From IMG/VR virus record IMGVR_UViG_3300032087_004917: 64,000 nucleotides of DNA; one strand, given 5' to 3'. The position numbers and the translations under genes were made by a program. Positions 56,968-64,000 of this stretch are shown piece by piece (positions within the stretch are counted from its first letter, which is position 1; each line of letters begins with the position of its first letter). Source of the stretch: an uncultured virus (IMG/VR IMGVR_UViG_3300032087_004917). Its lineage: Duplodnaviria; Heunggongvirae; Uroviricota; Caudoviricetes. Below the pieces are notes generated by a model, which ran no database searches, was not told where the DNA came from, and saw only the letters and a list, made by a program, of their open reading frames with translations.

Positions 56968-57549
56968 TTATTTAGGAGGGATCGGTCCAGCATTGTGAAT
57001 GTGTTGAAGGAAGCGTTGAACTTTTTCTTTACGCTTTCTGACAATGACCTCCCATACCTTGTCCCAGTATTTCTTGGTCGCCTCTTTCTTGTGACCATTG
57101 GGACCACCATTGTGCATTCGTGCCATTTTCTCAAGAGTGACAACACCGAGTCTTCGTTCTGTGGCATAGATCTTGAGCCATTCGATCACGACCTGTCGAG
57201 CATACTCTTTGTTAAAACAATCTTCATATTTGCCACCCAAATTTGATCTTTTGTTTACGTCTGTCCAGTAGATACGCCAGATCTGATATGCCCCGATTGC
57301 ATTTCCATTGTCTCCGATGGCTCCGCTCTGACAATTTGATTCGACTTCACATATGGCATCGAGCAGAGCATCAAGGTCATCTTGCATGATGCCGGGAATG
57401 ACACTTTCTTTGTCTTCTTCAATGACAAAGGTGACTTCTGGAGCAGGTGGTTCAGCGAACGTAGGGATCTCCACAATGGGTCCGGTGAAGAGTTTGACGA
57501 AGCATCCTACGGTAAATCCAACGACGATAGAGGCAAACGTATTGTGCAT
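56968..57549 (-). CDS. Lysozyme-like protein (i-type/destabilase-like) with N-terminal hydrophobic anchor
   Basis: LDAICEVES, GD.G.AIGAYQIW..YWTD, ARMHNGGPNG, T.KYW.KV; N-terminal FASIVVGFTVGCFV. Confidence 0.78.
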   Translation of the reverse strand: MHNTFASIVVGFTVGCFVKLFTGPIVEIPTFAEPPAPEVTFVIEEDKESVIPGIMQDDLDALLDAICEVESNCQSGAIGDNGNAIGAYQIWRIYWTDVNKRSNLGGKYEDCFNKEYARQVVIEWLKIYATERRLGVVTLEKMARMHNGGPNGHKKEATKKYWDKVWEVIVRKRKEKVQRFLQHIHNAGPIPPK

Positions 57550-57689
57550 GTTAAAGAGTCCTTTTTCTAGCGAGATAAGAGTGAAATCTTTGTTATTAGT
57601 TTTTAAAAAGCGAAAAGCGTAAATTGTTTCAGTAAGTAAAGCCCGCAGGTCAAGGCGGACATACTATTTATTTTTGAAAATTTTTGATT

Positions 57690-59891
57690 TTAGGCGGCGA
57701 TAAAATCAGTAATTTTTTCGACCAGCGGACGGCACGCGGCACGACTCTGGAGTGACTTGACATAAGCCGAACGAATCTTTGCCTTTGAAGCATCATCTTC
57801 AAGATTGTCCATCGCATCATCGACATCCGTAGCGGCATTGTCGTAGACAACGAACGCGGCATCCCAACCTTCTCGGGCTGCCTTCTCTTGAGACAGAAGA
57901 CCCCAACGTTCCTTCTTCCAAGTCTTGACGTTTTGATCACGTTGGGCTGGCGTGCTGGAATACTCCAACATGTTTTGACCCTCTCGCTTGCCAGTCATGA
58001 AGAAGTTGATGACCTTCGAACCAGTCTCTCCACGAATCCAATCGCAGATAGCCATCTGTCCAATGTTGCGACCGTATTCGCTTTGGGCAGTGTAGGATCG
58101 ACGGGAGATCGGATCGGTCACCACGACGGCTTTGCTGCCACGTTCCTGCACACCGTGATCGCCTTGACCATCGGTGAGGAAAATGATGTTACCGACTTCG
58201 GCGTTGGTGCGAGCCATGAGCGACTGGTGGGTGAACTTGGAGATCGTGAGAGCAGCACCAAGAGGAGTCGATCCAAGATTGAACCCGTCAAGAGTGAACA
58301 TGCGATAGTCATCAGCAGACTCACCAAGGAAGAGAGCCGTGGTCACATCTTGATTGAAAAGATTGTTTCGCACAGAAGTGTCAAGAATCTGCAAAAGTTT
58401 AGCATTGTTTTCGATAGTGCCATCCTTGAAGACGACATCGTATTCGCTGGTGAAAAGGTAAACTTCGCAAGGGACATTGACCTTCTTGCAGAACATCGCC
58501 AGCGTAACGGCTTGCTTGATCGTCGATTGACACTTGCCATTCATCGAACCCGACCAGTCGATCACCACGGTCAGAGCGTGGTTCTTGCCATCGGGACGCT
58601 GTTGGGTCTTGAGGAAGATGTCTTCCGTCAACTTGTAGTTAACAAGTTTGTTCATATCGAGCCGACCAGACTTGGCGACTTGAGTACGACGGGCGATGTG
58701 TGCAGCCTGCTTACGAGTGAAAGCCATCGCCATAGCGTTGACAGTAGGACGAAGATCAGCAGCAGAATCGGACAACTTTTTGATCTTTCGCTGGCTGATG
58801 TGTCCACGGGAAACCGAATCGGCGAAACGCTTGCGAGTCTCGGAGACAGGAAGAACAGCCTCGTCGGTGATACCAGTGGGCATCTTGTTGCTGCCGACAT
58901 CTTTGTAGTAAGAGGAATCCTCTTTACTTGCCATTTCTTGAAGATTCTTTGCCATGGCATCGGCAGACTTCGCCATCACATCGCTCCAGCCATCGCTGGC
59001 GGCATTGGTTTCTTGATCGCCTTCGGCAGTGGAACCATCGTCTTCGCCTTCGGCAGCGGATTCCATAGTGCCTTCGCCTTTAGTCTCGACACCATCCTCA
59101 CCGCCTTCGCCAGTCTCGTCACCTTGCTGGTCACCAGTATCGCCGGAGGCATTGTTTTCGGTTTCGTCACCCTCGTCGCCAGTATCTTGTGACTGCTCGC
59201 CAGCAGATTGTCCATCCTCGGAACCTTGGGGAGCATCGTCACCAGACTCGACATCGCCGGAGTCGGATTCTTCTTCGGGTTGATTTTCTTGATTCTCGTC
59301 ACGCTGCTGCTTCATCAAGTCGAGAACGTCGGCAGTCAACTCCAAGACCTCTTCGTAAGTCTCGGTGTTCTCTGCACGCTCGACCAGCGTACGCTCTTCG
59401 TTGGTGAACATCACTTCGCCATTGTAGGCTTTCGCATTGAGATTCATGCGGTCAAGGAACGAACGCTCGTTGATGTCCTCGTCCTCACCGACTTCGAAGA
59501 GATTCATCTCACGCATCTCGGGGTAGCCAGCAGCATAGTCCGAAACCAAACCGCGATATTTGCGTTGGATCAATCGGTCGATGCGAACATCTTCGACAAC
59601 GTTGAGGGCATTCATCGCAACCTGTTCGGGAACGCCAGCATTTTTTGACAAAGTTTTTACAGTTTGAAGAAGATCATCGTCGATAGTATGCAGAGCATGG
59701 GACACTTCGTGACCGAGCAACATGTCCGTCAATGATTCGCTCATGTTTTCCCACACTGGCATGATCAACTCACGCGACTCGACATTGAACGATGCCGTAG
59801 GTGCGGACGAATCAACACGAACCGAAATGTTTTCGGTAGCCAAAAGTCGGGCAAAACCAGAGGAAACGGTAGGAATGGACAGGTTGCTCAT
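57690..59891 (-). CDS. Metallopeptidase + VWA domain protein (CobT-like MoxR partner)
   Basis: LLGHEVSHAL, NVVEDVRI, acidic linker, SGRLD, MIDAS DWSGSM, STPL, FLTDG. Confidence 0.88.
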   Translation of the reverse strand: MSNLSIPTVSSGFARLLATENISVRVDSSAPTASFNVESRELIMPVWENMSESLTDMLLGHEVSHALHTIDDDLLQTVKTLSKNAGVPEQVAMNALNVVEDVRIDRLIQRKYRGLVSDYAAGYPEMREMNLFEVGEDEDINERSFLDRMNLNAKAYNGEVMFTNEERTLVERAENTETYEEVLELTADVLDLMKQQRDENQENQPEEESDSGDVESGDDAPQGSEDGQSAGEQSQDTGDEGDETENNASGDTGDQQGDETGEGGEDGVETKGEGTMESAAEGEDDGSTAEGDQETNAASDGWSDVMAKSADAMAKNLQEMASKEDSSYYKDVGSNKMPTGITDEAVLPVSETRKRFADSVSRGHISQRKIKKLSDSAADLRPTVNAMAMAFTRKQAAHIARRTQVAKSGRLDMNKLVNYKLTEDIFLKTQQRPDGKNHALTVVIDWSGSMNGKCQSTIKQAVTLAMFCKKVNVPCEVYLFTSEYDVVFKDGTIENNAKLLQILDTSVRNNLFNQDVTTALFLGESADDYRMFTLDGFNLGSTPLGAALTISKFTHQSLMARTNAEVGNIIFLTDGQGDHGVQERGSKAVVVTDPISRRSYTAQSEYGRNIGQMAICDWIRGETGSKVINFFMTGKREGQNMLEYSSTPAQRDQNVKTWKKERWGLLSQEKAAREGWDAAFVVYDNAATDVDDAMDNLEDDASKAKIRSAYVKSLQSRAACRPLVEKITDFIAA

Positions 59892-59897
59892 GTCTCA

Positions 59898-59906
59898 AGT
59901 GTACCA
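59898..59906 (-). promoter_or_regulatory. Extended -10 promoter (TGGTACACT) 6 nt before the VWA gene ATG
   Basis: TGn-TACACT, then TGAGAC, then ATG; no Shine-Dalgarno. Confidence 0.6.
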
Positions 59907-59939
59907 TAAATCCCCCGGCAGGATAGCCCATAGGGTCAA

Positions 59940-60250
59940 AAAACTGACAGAATGTGTCAGTTGACGCAAAAAACAACAAAAAGTGTCGCAAAACGCTACA
60001 AAAACGCCGACCGTGGCGTAAAACTTGCATTTTACGCTGATTTTACGACATTTTAACGTTTTTGACGCAAAATGATACCTTTGTGTCGCAAAAATCAGAT
60101 TCCGGCTCCAACTGTGTCTTTTTGACACACCCTGACGCAAAATACGAGTAAATTTCACTTTTCCCGCCACGGTCGGCGTTTTTGTGGCGTTTTGCGACAA
60201 ATGAACGTTTTTATGCATTTTTTACGCCACTGACACATTCTGACAGTTTT
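59940..60250. repeat. Nested inverted repeats with about ten TG[ATG]CG[CT]AAAA-like repeats
   Basis: Outer arms 59940-59961 / 60229-60250 (21/22 match); inner arms 59984-60018 / 60165-60199 (34/35 match). Confidence 0.92.
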
Positions 60251-60264
60251 CTTGAGAAACAGGC

Positions 60265-60293
60265 TTGAGGGCTGGCGGGTTTTCGATTAAACT
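60265..60293 (+). promoter_or_regulatory. Promoter TTGAGG-N17-TAAACT 6 nt before the MoxR/CobS ATG
   Basis: -35 at 60265-60270, -10 at 60288-60293, ATG at 60300; no Shine-Dalgarno. Confidence 0.6.
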
Positions 60294-60299
60294 TTGGGC

Positions 60300-61652
60300 A
60301 TGAGCAAATTGAACAAATCACGACGCGAGTGGCTTGATGCCCTTTCTGCTACTGGTTCCGTGCGATTCGTCACGGACGAGGCTCTGGTCGTTGCTAAGGC
60401 AAACGGCTGGAATGGCATCCCTCTCTGGTTCCGTTCCTCTGGCTGCGAATACAAAAAAGGTCGCGGCTTTTGGGACATTTCTTCTTACGTCAATGGCGAG
60501 GCTGCTCCTGCTGCTCCCGCTCCTGCTCCCGTGACTCCTGCTCCGGCGGTCGAGTCTGTTCCTGCTTCCCCCGTTATGCAAATGGCGGGTGCGGAAGCAC
60601 GAATCGTTCCCGAAAAAATGGAAGGCTACGTCAAGTGGGGACACCACAAGACCGTCGCCACGATTCTCGCCTCTGGTGAGTTTTACCCCGGCTATGTGAC
60701 TGGTCTTTCCGGCAATGGTAAGACCACCATGATCATGCAGGCTGCTGCCGATGCCAACCGCGAAATTTATCGCGTCAATATCACCGCCCAAACCGATGAG
60801 GACGATCTCATTGGTGGCTTCCGTTTGCTCAATGGTGATACCGTGTGGGTCGATGGTCCCGCTGTCGTTGCCGCCAAAAAGGGTGCGATCTTGCTTCTCG
60901 ACGAGATCGACCTTGGCGGTCCTGCCCTCATGTGTCTCCAGCCTTTGCTGGAAGGTAACGGCATCTTCGTCAAGAAGACTGGCGAGTATGTCGTTCCTGC
61001 TGCCGGTTTCAATATCTTCGCCACTGCCAACACCAAGGGTAAGGGCGACGAAACTGGTTCGTTCGCTCACACCGGAATCATGAACGAGGCTATGCTCGAC
61101 CGATTCCCCGTGACGCTTGAGCAGCCATATGCCACCGAAGCCACCGAGAAGAAAATTCTCAAAGGAAAATGTCAAAAGTTTGGCGTTGATGTCAAAGCCG
61201 AAGAAAACTTTATCGCCGATCTTGTCTCTTGGGCAAACAATATTCGTAAATCTTACGAAGTCGGTGCTTCGACCGAGATCATCACCACCCGACGTTTGGA
61301 GTCGATCATGAAAGCCTTCGCCATCTTCGGCAACCATGCCAAGGCGATTGAGATGGGTATTTCTCGCTTCGACGAGCAGACCAAAGCCGATATGCTCAAA
61401 CTTTATGAAAAGATTTCTGGCGAGCGTGCCACTGCCACCATGGAGGAGGTCATCGACCTCACCCAATCCGCCCGCGTCAACCTCAACGTGCCATATGCTT
61501 CCAAGGATGAAGCCAAGGCATACGGAGCCAAGTGGGATGATGTCGAGCGTACTTGGTACACCACTGGCGAGAACTATGCCCAACACAAAGATTTCTTTGA
61601 CGGTTACAACCCCACCGCCTCACAGGAGAACACCAATGCCTGCCCATGGTAA
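60300..61652 (+). CDS. cobS: MoxR/CobS-like AAA+ ATPase with C-terminal DUF5710-like domain
   Basis: GLSGNGKT, RVNIT.QTDEDDLIGGFRL, LLLDEID, ATANTKGKG, NEAMLDRF, ITTRRL; tail LNVPYASKDEAKAYGAKWD..RTWY. Confidence 0.9.
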   Translation: MSKLNKSRREWLDALSATGSVRFVTDEALVVAKANGWNGIPLWFRSSGCEYKKGRGFWDISSYVNGEAAPAAPAPAPVTPAPAVESVPASPVMQMAGAEARIVPEKMEGYVKWGHHKTVATILASGEFYPGYVTGLSGNGKTTMIMQAAADANREIYRVNITAQTDEDDLIGGFRLLNGDTVWVDGPAVVAAKKGAILLLDEIDLGGPALMCLQPLLEGNGIFVKKTGEYVVPAAGFNIFATANTKGKGDETGSFAHTGIMNEAMLDRFPVTLEQPYATEATEKKILKGKCQKFGVDVKAEENFIADLVSWANNIRKSYEVGASTEIITTRRLESIMKAFAIFGNHAKAIEMGISRFDEQTKADMLKLYEKISGERATATMEEVIDLTQSARVNLNVPYASKDEAKAYGAKWDDVERTWYTTGENYAQHKDFFDGYNPTASQENTNACPW

Positions 61653-61764
61653 TCTGACTATCGTACAGGGAGAGCCTGATCTCCCCGACTTCGACATCGA
61701 ACTCATTGAGGATCTCGATGCCGACCTTCTCAACGACCCCTGCCTTGGAGGCTCCGAGTTTTGA
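61636..61764 (+). CDS. Possible 42 aa acidic peptide
   Basis: AGGAG at 61624, ATG 61636; MPAHGNLTIVQGEPDLPDFDIELIEDLDADLLNDPCLGGSEF. Confidence 0.4.
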   Translation: MPAHGNLTIVQGEPDLPDFDIELIEDLDADLLNDPCLGGSEF

Positions 61765-61854
61765 ACTCTTTTGAAACAATTCTTGTTATTGGCGGTATCA
61801 TCACCCCAATTTTTGGACTTTTTAATCTTTACATCACCAAAGGAGGCAAATAAT

Positions 61855-62097
61855 ATGCCACGACCAAAAAAGGTTATCGTTCTTCCCGAGTCTCAAATCC
61901 AAGACTCACTCACCAACGGTCGCGTGACTGTTGCTATGCTGGCTACTGCTGCTGGCTGCTCTGTGCCTACCATGCGTAAGCACCTTGCGGAAGCCTATGG
62001 CGACCGCATCACCTTCTCCCGTGGTCGGACTGGTGGCATCACGCTCACCGCTCCCGTGACCACCACCCCCGTGGGCGAAACCCCACTCGCGTCCTGA
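61855..62097 (+). CDS. Small winged-HTH DNA-binding protein
   Basis: AGGAGG RBS, ATG 61855; VTVAMLATAAGCSVPTMRKHL helix-turn-helix and RGRTGGI wing. Confidence 0.72.
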   Translation: MPRPKKVIVLPESQIQDSLTNGRVTVAMLATAAGCSVPTMRKHLAEAYGDRITFSRGRTGGITLTAPVTTTPVGETPLAS

Positions 62098-62269
62098 TCG
62101 GGACGTTTGCTCATACGCTGCCGCAGGGGGAAACCCTTGCGTGCAGTATTCAAAAAAACAACAAAAAGTGTTGTGTATATTGCAAAAAAACAGTGTATGC
62201 TAACACGACCCCTATGAGCCTCTGGTGGGCTAGCCCCCGGTTGCTCTTCCTTCCCCGGAGTAAAAAAAT

Positions 62270-62473
62270 ATGTCAAGTTTGATTCTTTTTCTTTTTCTTT
62301 GTTTGATCATCATCGGGCTTCCTTTCGGATTCATCGTTTCTTTGAATACCCTTTTTGATCTGGGTATCGGATACGGATTCTCCGAGTGGCTTTCTGCAAT
62401 GTTCATTCTTTGTGTTTTCTGCTCTCGTCAACTCCCCGTTGAAAAAACAGAAGAAGAAGATACAGAAAAGTGA
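62270..62473 (+). CDS. Small two-TM membrane protein
   Basis: GGAG RBS; two hydrophobic segments and an acidic tail. Confidence 0.65.
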   Translation: MSSLILFLFLCLIIIGLPFGFIVSLNTLFDLGIGYGFSEWLSAMFILCVFCSRQLPVEKTEEEDTEK

Positions 62474-62605
62474 AAAGTTTTTTGAAAAATCGATTTTCAA
62501 AATTTTTTTCGGGGCAAAAATCTGACCTAGACCCCAATCAAATTTTTCTGGCTTTTTTCTTCCTTCTCTAGTTTCTTGGTCTTTTATTTCTGGTACACTA
62601 TCCAC

Positions 62606-63007
62606 ATGGCAATCACCAATCACAATCTTTATCTTTCCGCTCCGACCAACTCTTCATACGGATACCAAGTTGCCCGTTTTCGTTTTCAACACCATTCTGA
62701 AAAGGGTAAAGTTTTTATTCGAACTTACTGCGATCAGTTTGGTGACAACGAGCAAGAGTTTAATCTTCACCGTGACTACATGCAGAGTCAATATCACTGG
62801 GCAATCTCCGATGCATTGAGACAGGAGTTTGATGGCATCGCAAATGAAATGGTGACACAAGAAGCGGCAGAGTCAGACGATGGTGACTACAATGAATACA
62901 CCGCTCGGAAGATTTGGAATGCCCTCGCCAGCCATGGCTGGTCTACGGACATGGGTGAAGTGATCGGAAAGAACGATGAGCGACAACTGGCATTTCAGGC
63001 TTCGTAA
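62606..63007 (+). CDS. Hypothetical early protein (AR..W..L...GW motif)
   Basis: Start moved to ATG 62606, 6 nt after TGGTACACT. Confidence 0.7.
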   Translation: MAITNHNLYLSAPTNSSYGYQVARFRFQHHSEKGKVFIRTYCDQFGDNEQEFNLHRDYMQSQYHWAISDALRQEFDGIANEMVTQEAAESDDGDYNEYTARKIWNALASHGWSTDMGEVIGKNDERQLAFQAS

Positions 63008-63022
63008 GGAGGAAGCATACCA

Positions 63023-63340
63023 ATGAACAAATGGCAAGCATGGTGGGACAAGGCAAACGAGGTGATCGATGCTGCACCAAACGGTGTGGACTATTACTGG
63101 CTCGCTGCTCCTCCCACAGACGCAGTACCCGAAGTCAAACTTTTTCGTTTTGAACAAATCGTTCCCGGTCAAATCGAGATTGTCAGACATAGGATCTACT
63201 TCGAAAAGGATGCCTACCAGCCCGCCGCTCGTCAAGAGGGTCGCCAAATCATGGGGGCAGGAGAAGCAAGATGCTTTTGGGACAATCATGTTGAGTACGG
63301 ATGTTTTCGTTTGCGTTCCTTAGAAGGAGAAACAGTATGA
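63023..63340 (+). CDS. Hypothetical early protein
   Basis: AGGAGG RBS; EARCFWDNHVEYG motif. Confidence 0.7.
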   Translation: MNKWQAWWDKANEVIDAAPNGVDYYWLAAPPTDAVPEVKLFRFEQIVPGQIEIVRHRIYFEKDAYQPAARQEGRQIMGAGEARCFWDNHVEYGCFRLRSLEGETV

Positions 63341-63708
63341 AGTTTCATCGTGTTGTAAAGAATCACAATCGTCAAGGCGGTTCTCATTATCAAACTTTGT
63401 GGTCTGACATGGGCGAGAGCCGTTGGATCATCTGCTCTTCTTCTTTCATCGAGATCAACGGAGAGACAATGTGCGATGAGGTGATGGCTTTCCAAAGCAA
63501 CTCCAAGGGTGATTTGTTTACTGCATCATATCTTGATGTTTGTTATCCTCACTCCGTGGATCACAAGGTTCACCAAGCACTGGCATCGTCCGCCTATGAC
63601 GAACTCGCCAAGCAACACATGGGTGTCGATGGTGGTATGCAAGAACTCCGTGACGAGCAAGCCAACTCCTCTGGCTGCACGCTCGCTCACATGGAGGAAG
63701 CAATCTAA
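63337..63708 (+). CDS. Hypothetical early protein
   Basis: AGGAG RBS; ATG 63337 overlaps the upstream TGA; begins MKFHRVVKN. Confidence 0.68.
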   Translation: MKFHRVVKNHNRQGGSHYQTLWSDMGESRWIICSSSFIEINGETMCDEVMAFQSNSKGDLFTASYLDVCYPHSVDHKVHQALASSAYDELAKQHMGVDGGMQELRDEQANSSGCTLAHMEEAI

Positions 63709-63981
63709 ATGGCAAAACAAACGTTTACTCTTTACACGGAAGATGCAAACATTGGTGGGTATGATCCATCAAAGTTTTATCGTGCAGAGTATTCGTTTGT
63801 TCATTGGGATGACGAAGAGCATCCCGACTTCATCGTGACGCTGCGATTCCTTGAGAAAGATGTCGATAACGAATGCATTGAACACGGTAACACACAGAAC
63901 ACTCGCAACAAGACAAAAGATACAGCGAGAGATCTGTGGAACTCTCTGGCAAGAAAGGGGTGGGAACGTGGCTGTCACTGA
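63709..63981 (+). CDS. Hypothetical early protein (AR..W..L...GW motif)
   Basis: GGAGG RBS; TARDLWNSLARKGW. Confidence 0.7.
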   Translation: MAKQTFTLYTEDANIGGYDPSKFYRAEYSFVHWDDEEHPDFIVTLRFLEKDVDNECIEHGNTQNTRNKTKDTARDLWNSLARKGWERGCH

Positions 63982-64000
63982 TATCAATCACATGTTGACC

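Noticed and set aside
56964..57167. N-terminal extension of the 56499..57167 ORF
   Set aside because: Overlaps the lysozyme gene; ATG 56963 follows a TAAATA motif
57888..59192. 434 aa + strand ORF opposite the VWA gene
   Set aside because: Antisense shadow of a codon-biased gene; no RBS and no recognisable motifs
59812..60218. Short ORFs within the inverted-repeat region
   Set aside because: No RBS and no protein-like features; better explained as non-coding repeats
60318..61586. 422 aa - strand ORF opposite cobS
   Set aside because: Antisense shadow; the + strand carries the full AAA+ motifs
1..64000. tRNAs, introns, inteins, homing endonucleases, stop-codon reassignment
   Set aside because: None recognised by eye, and core genes are intact in the standard code; tRNAscan/Infernal were not run

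Overview
A 64 kb segment of a large T4-like (Tevenvirinae/Kyanoviridae-style) myophage genome. Bases ~1-45,550 hold the conserved morphogenesis core: uvsW, uvsY, g3, g23, g22, g21, two core genes, g20-g13, fibre-like genes, a DUF4815/VrlC-like giant, g8, g7, g6, g25, PAAR, g5, g27-like, g53, g48, then on the + strand g4, g2, g54, g26, g51 and a tape measure, then g32 and g33. Bases ~45,600-57,600 are an accessory late region and ~57,700-64,000 an early region with a divergent VWA-peptidase / MoxR(CobS) ATPase pair and small hypotheticals. Main unexplained signals: (1) a cluster of bead-on-a-string proteins whose 60-100 aa basic modules are separated by an acidic E-D-V-Q-[LIV]-D-E linker that is also conserved at DNA level (candidate gp21-processed, shufflable capsid-cargo polyproteins); (2) a T TTT TTT -1 frameshift site joining g26 to an unlisted g51 ORF just before the tape measure; (3) a phage-encoded poly-Glu protein with a PEP-CTERM sorting signal; (4) a G-x-T motif that saturates exterior virion proteins; (5) a ~315 bp nested inverted repeat with about ten 10-mer repeats between the divergent early genes; (6) a TACATA-type late promoter, 16-bp-spacer sigma70-type promoters and apparently frequent leaderless genes. 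I saw no tRNA, rRNA, CRISPR array, intron or transposase. All gene names come from recalled motifs and synteny, not database searches.
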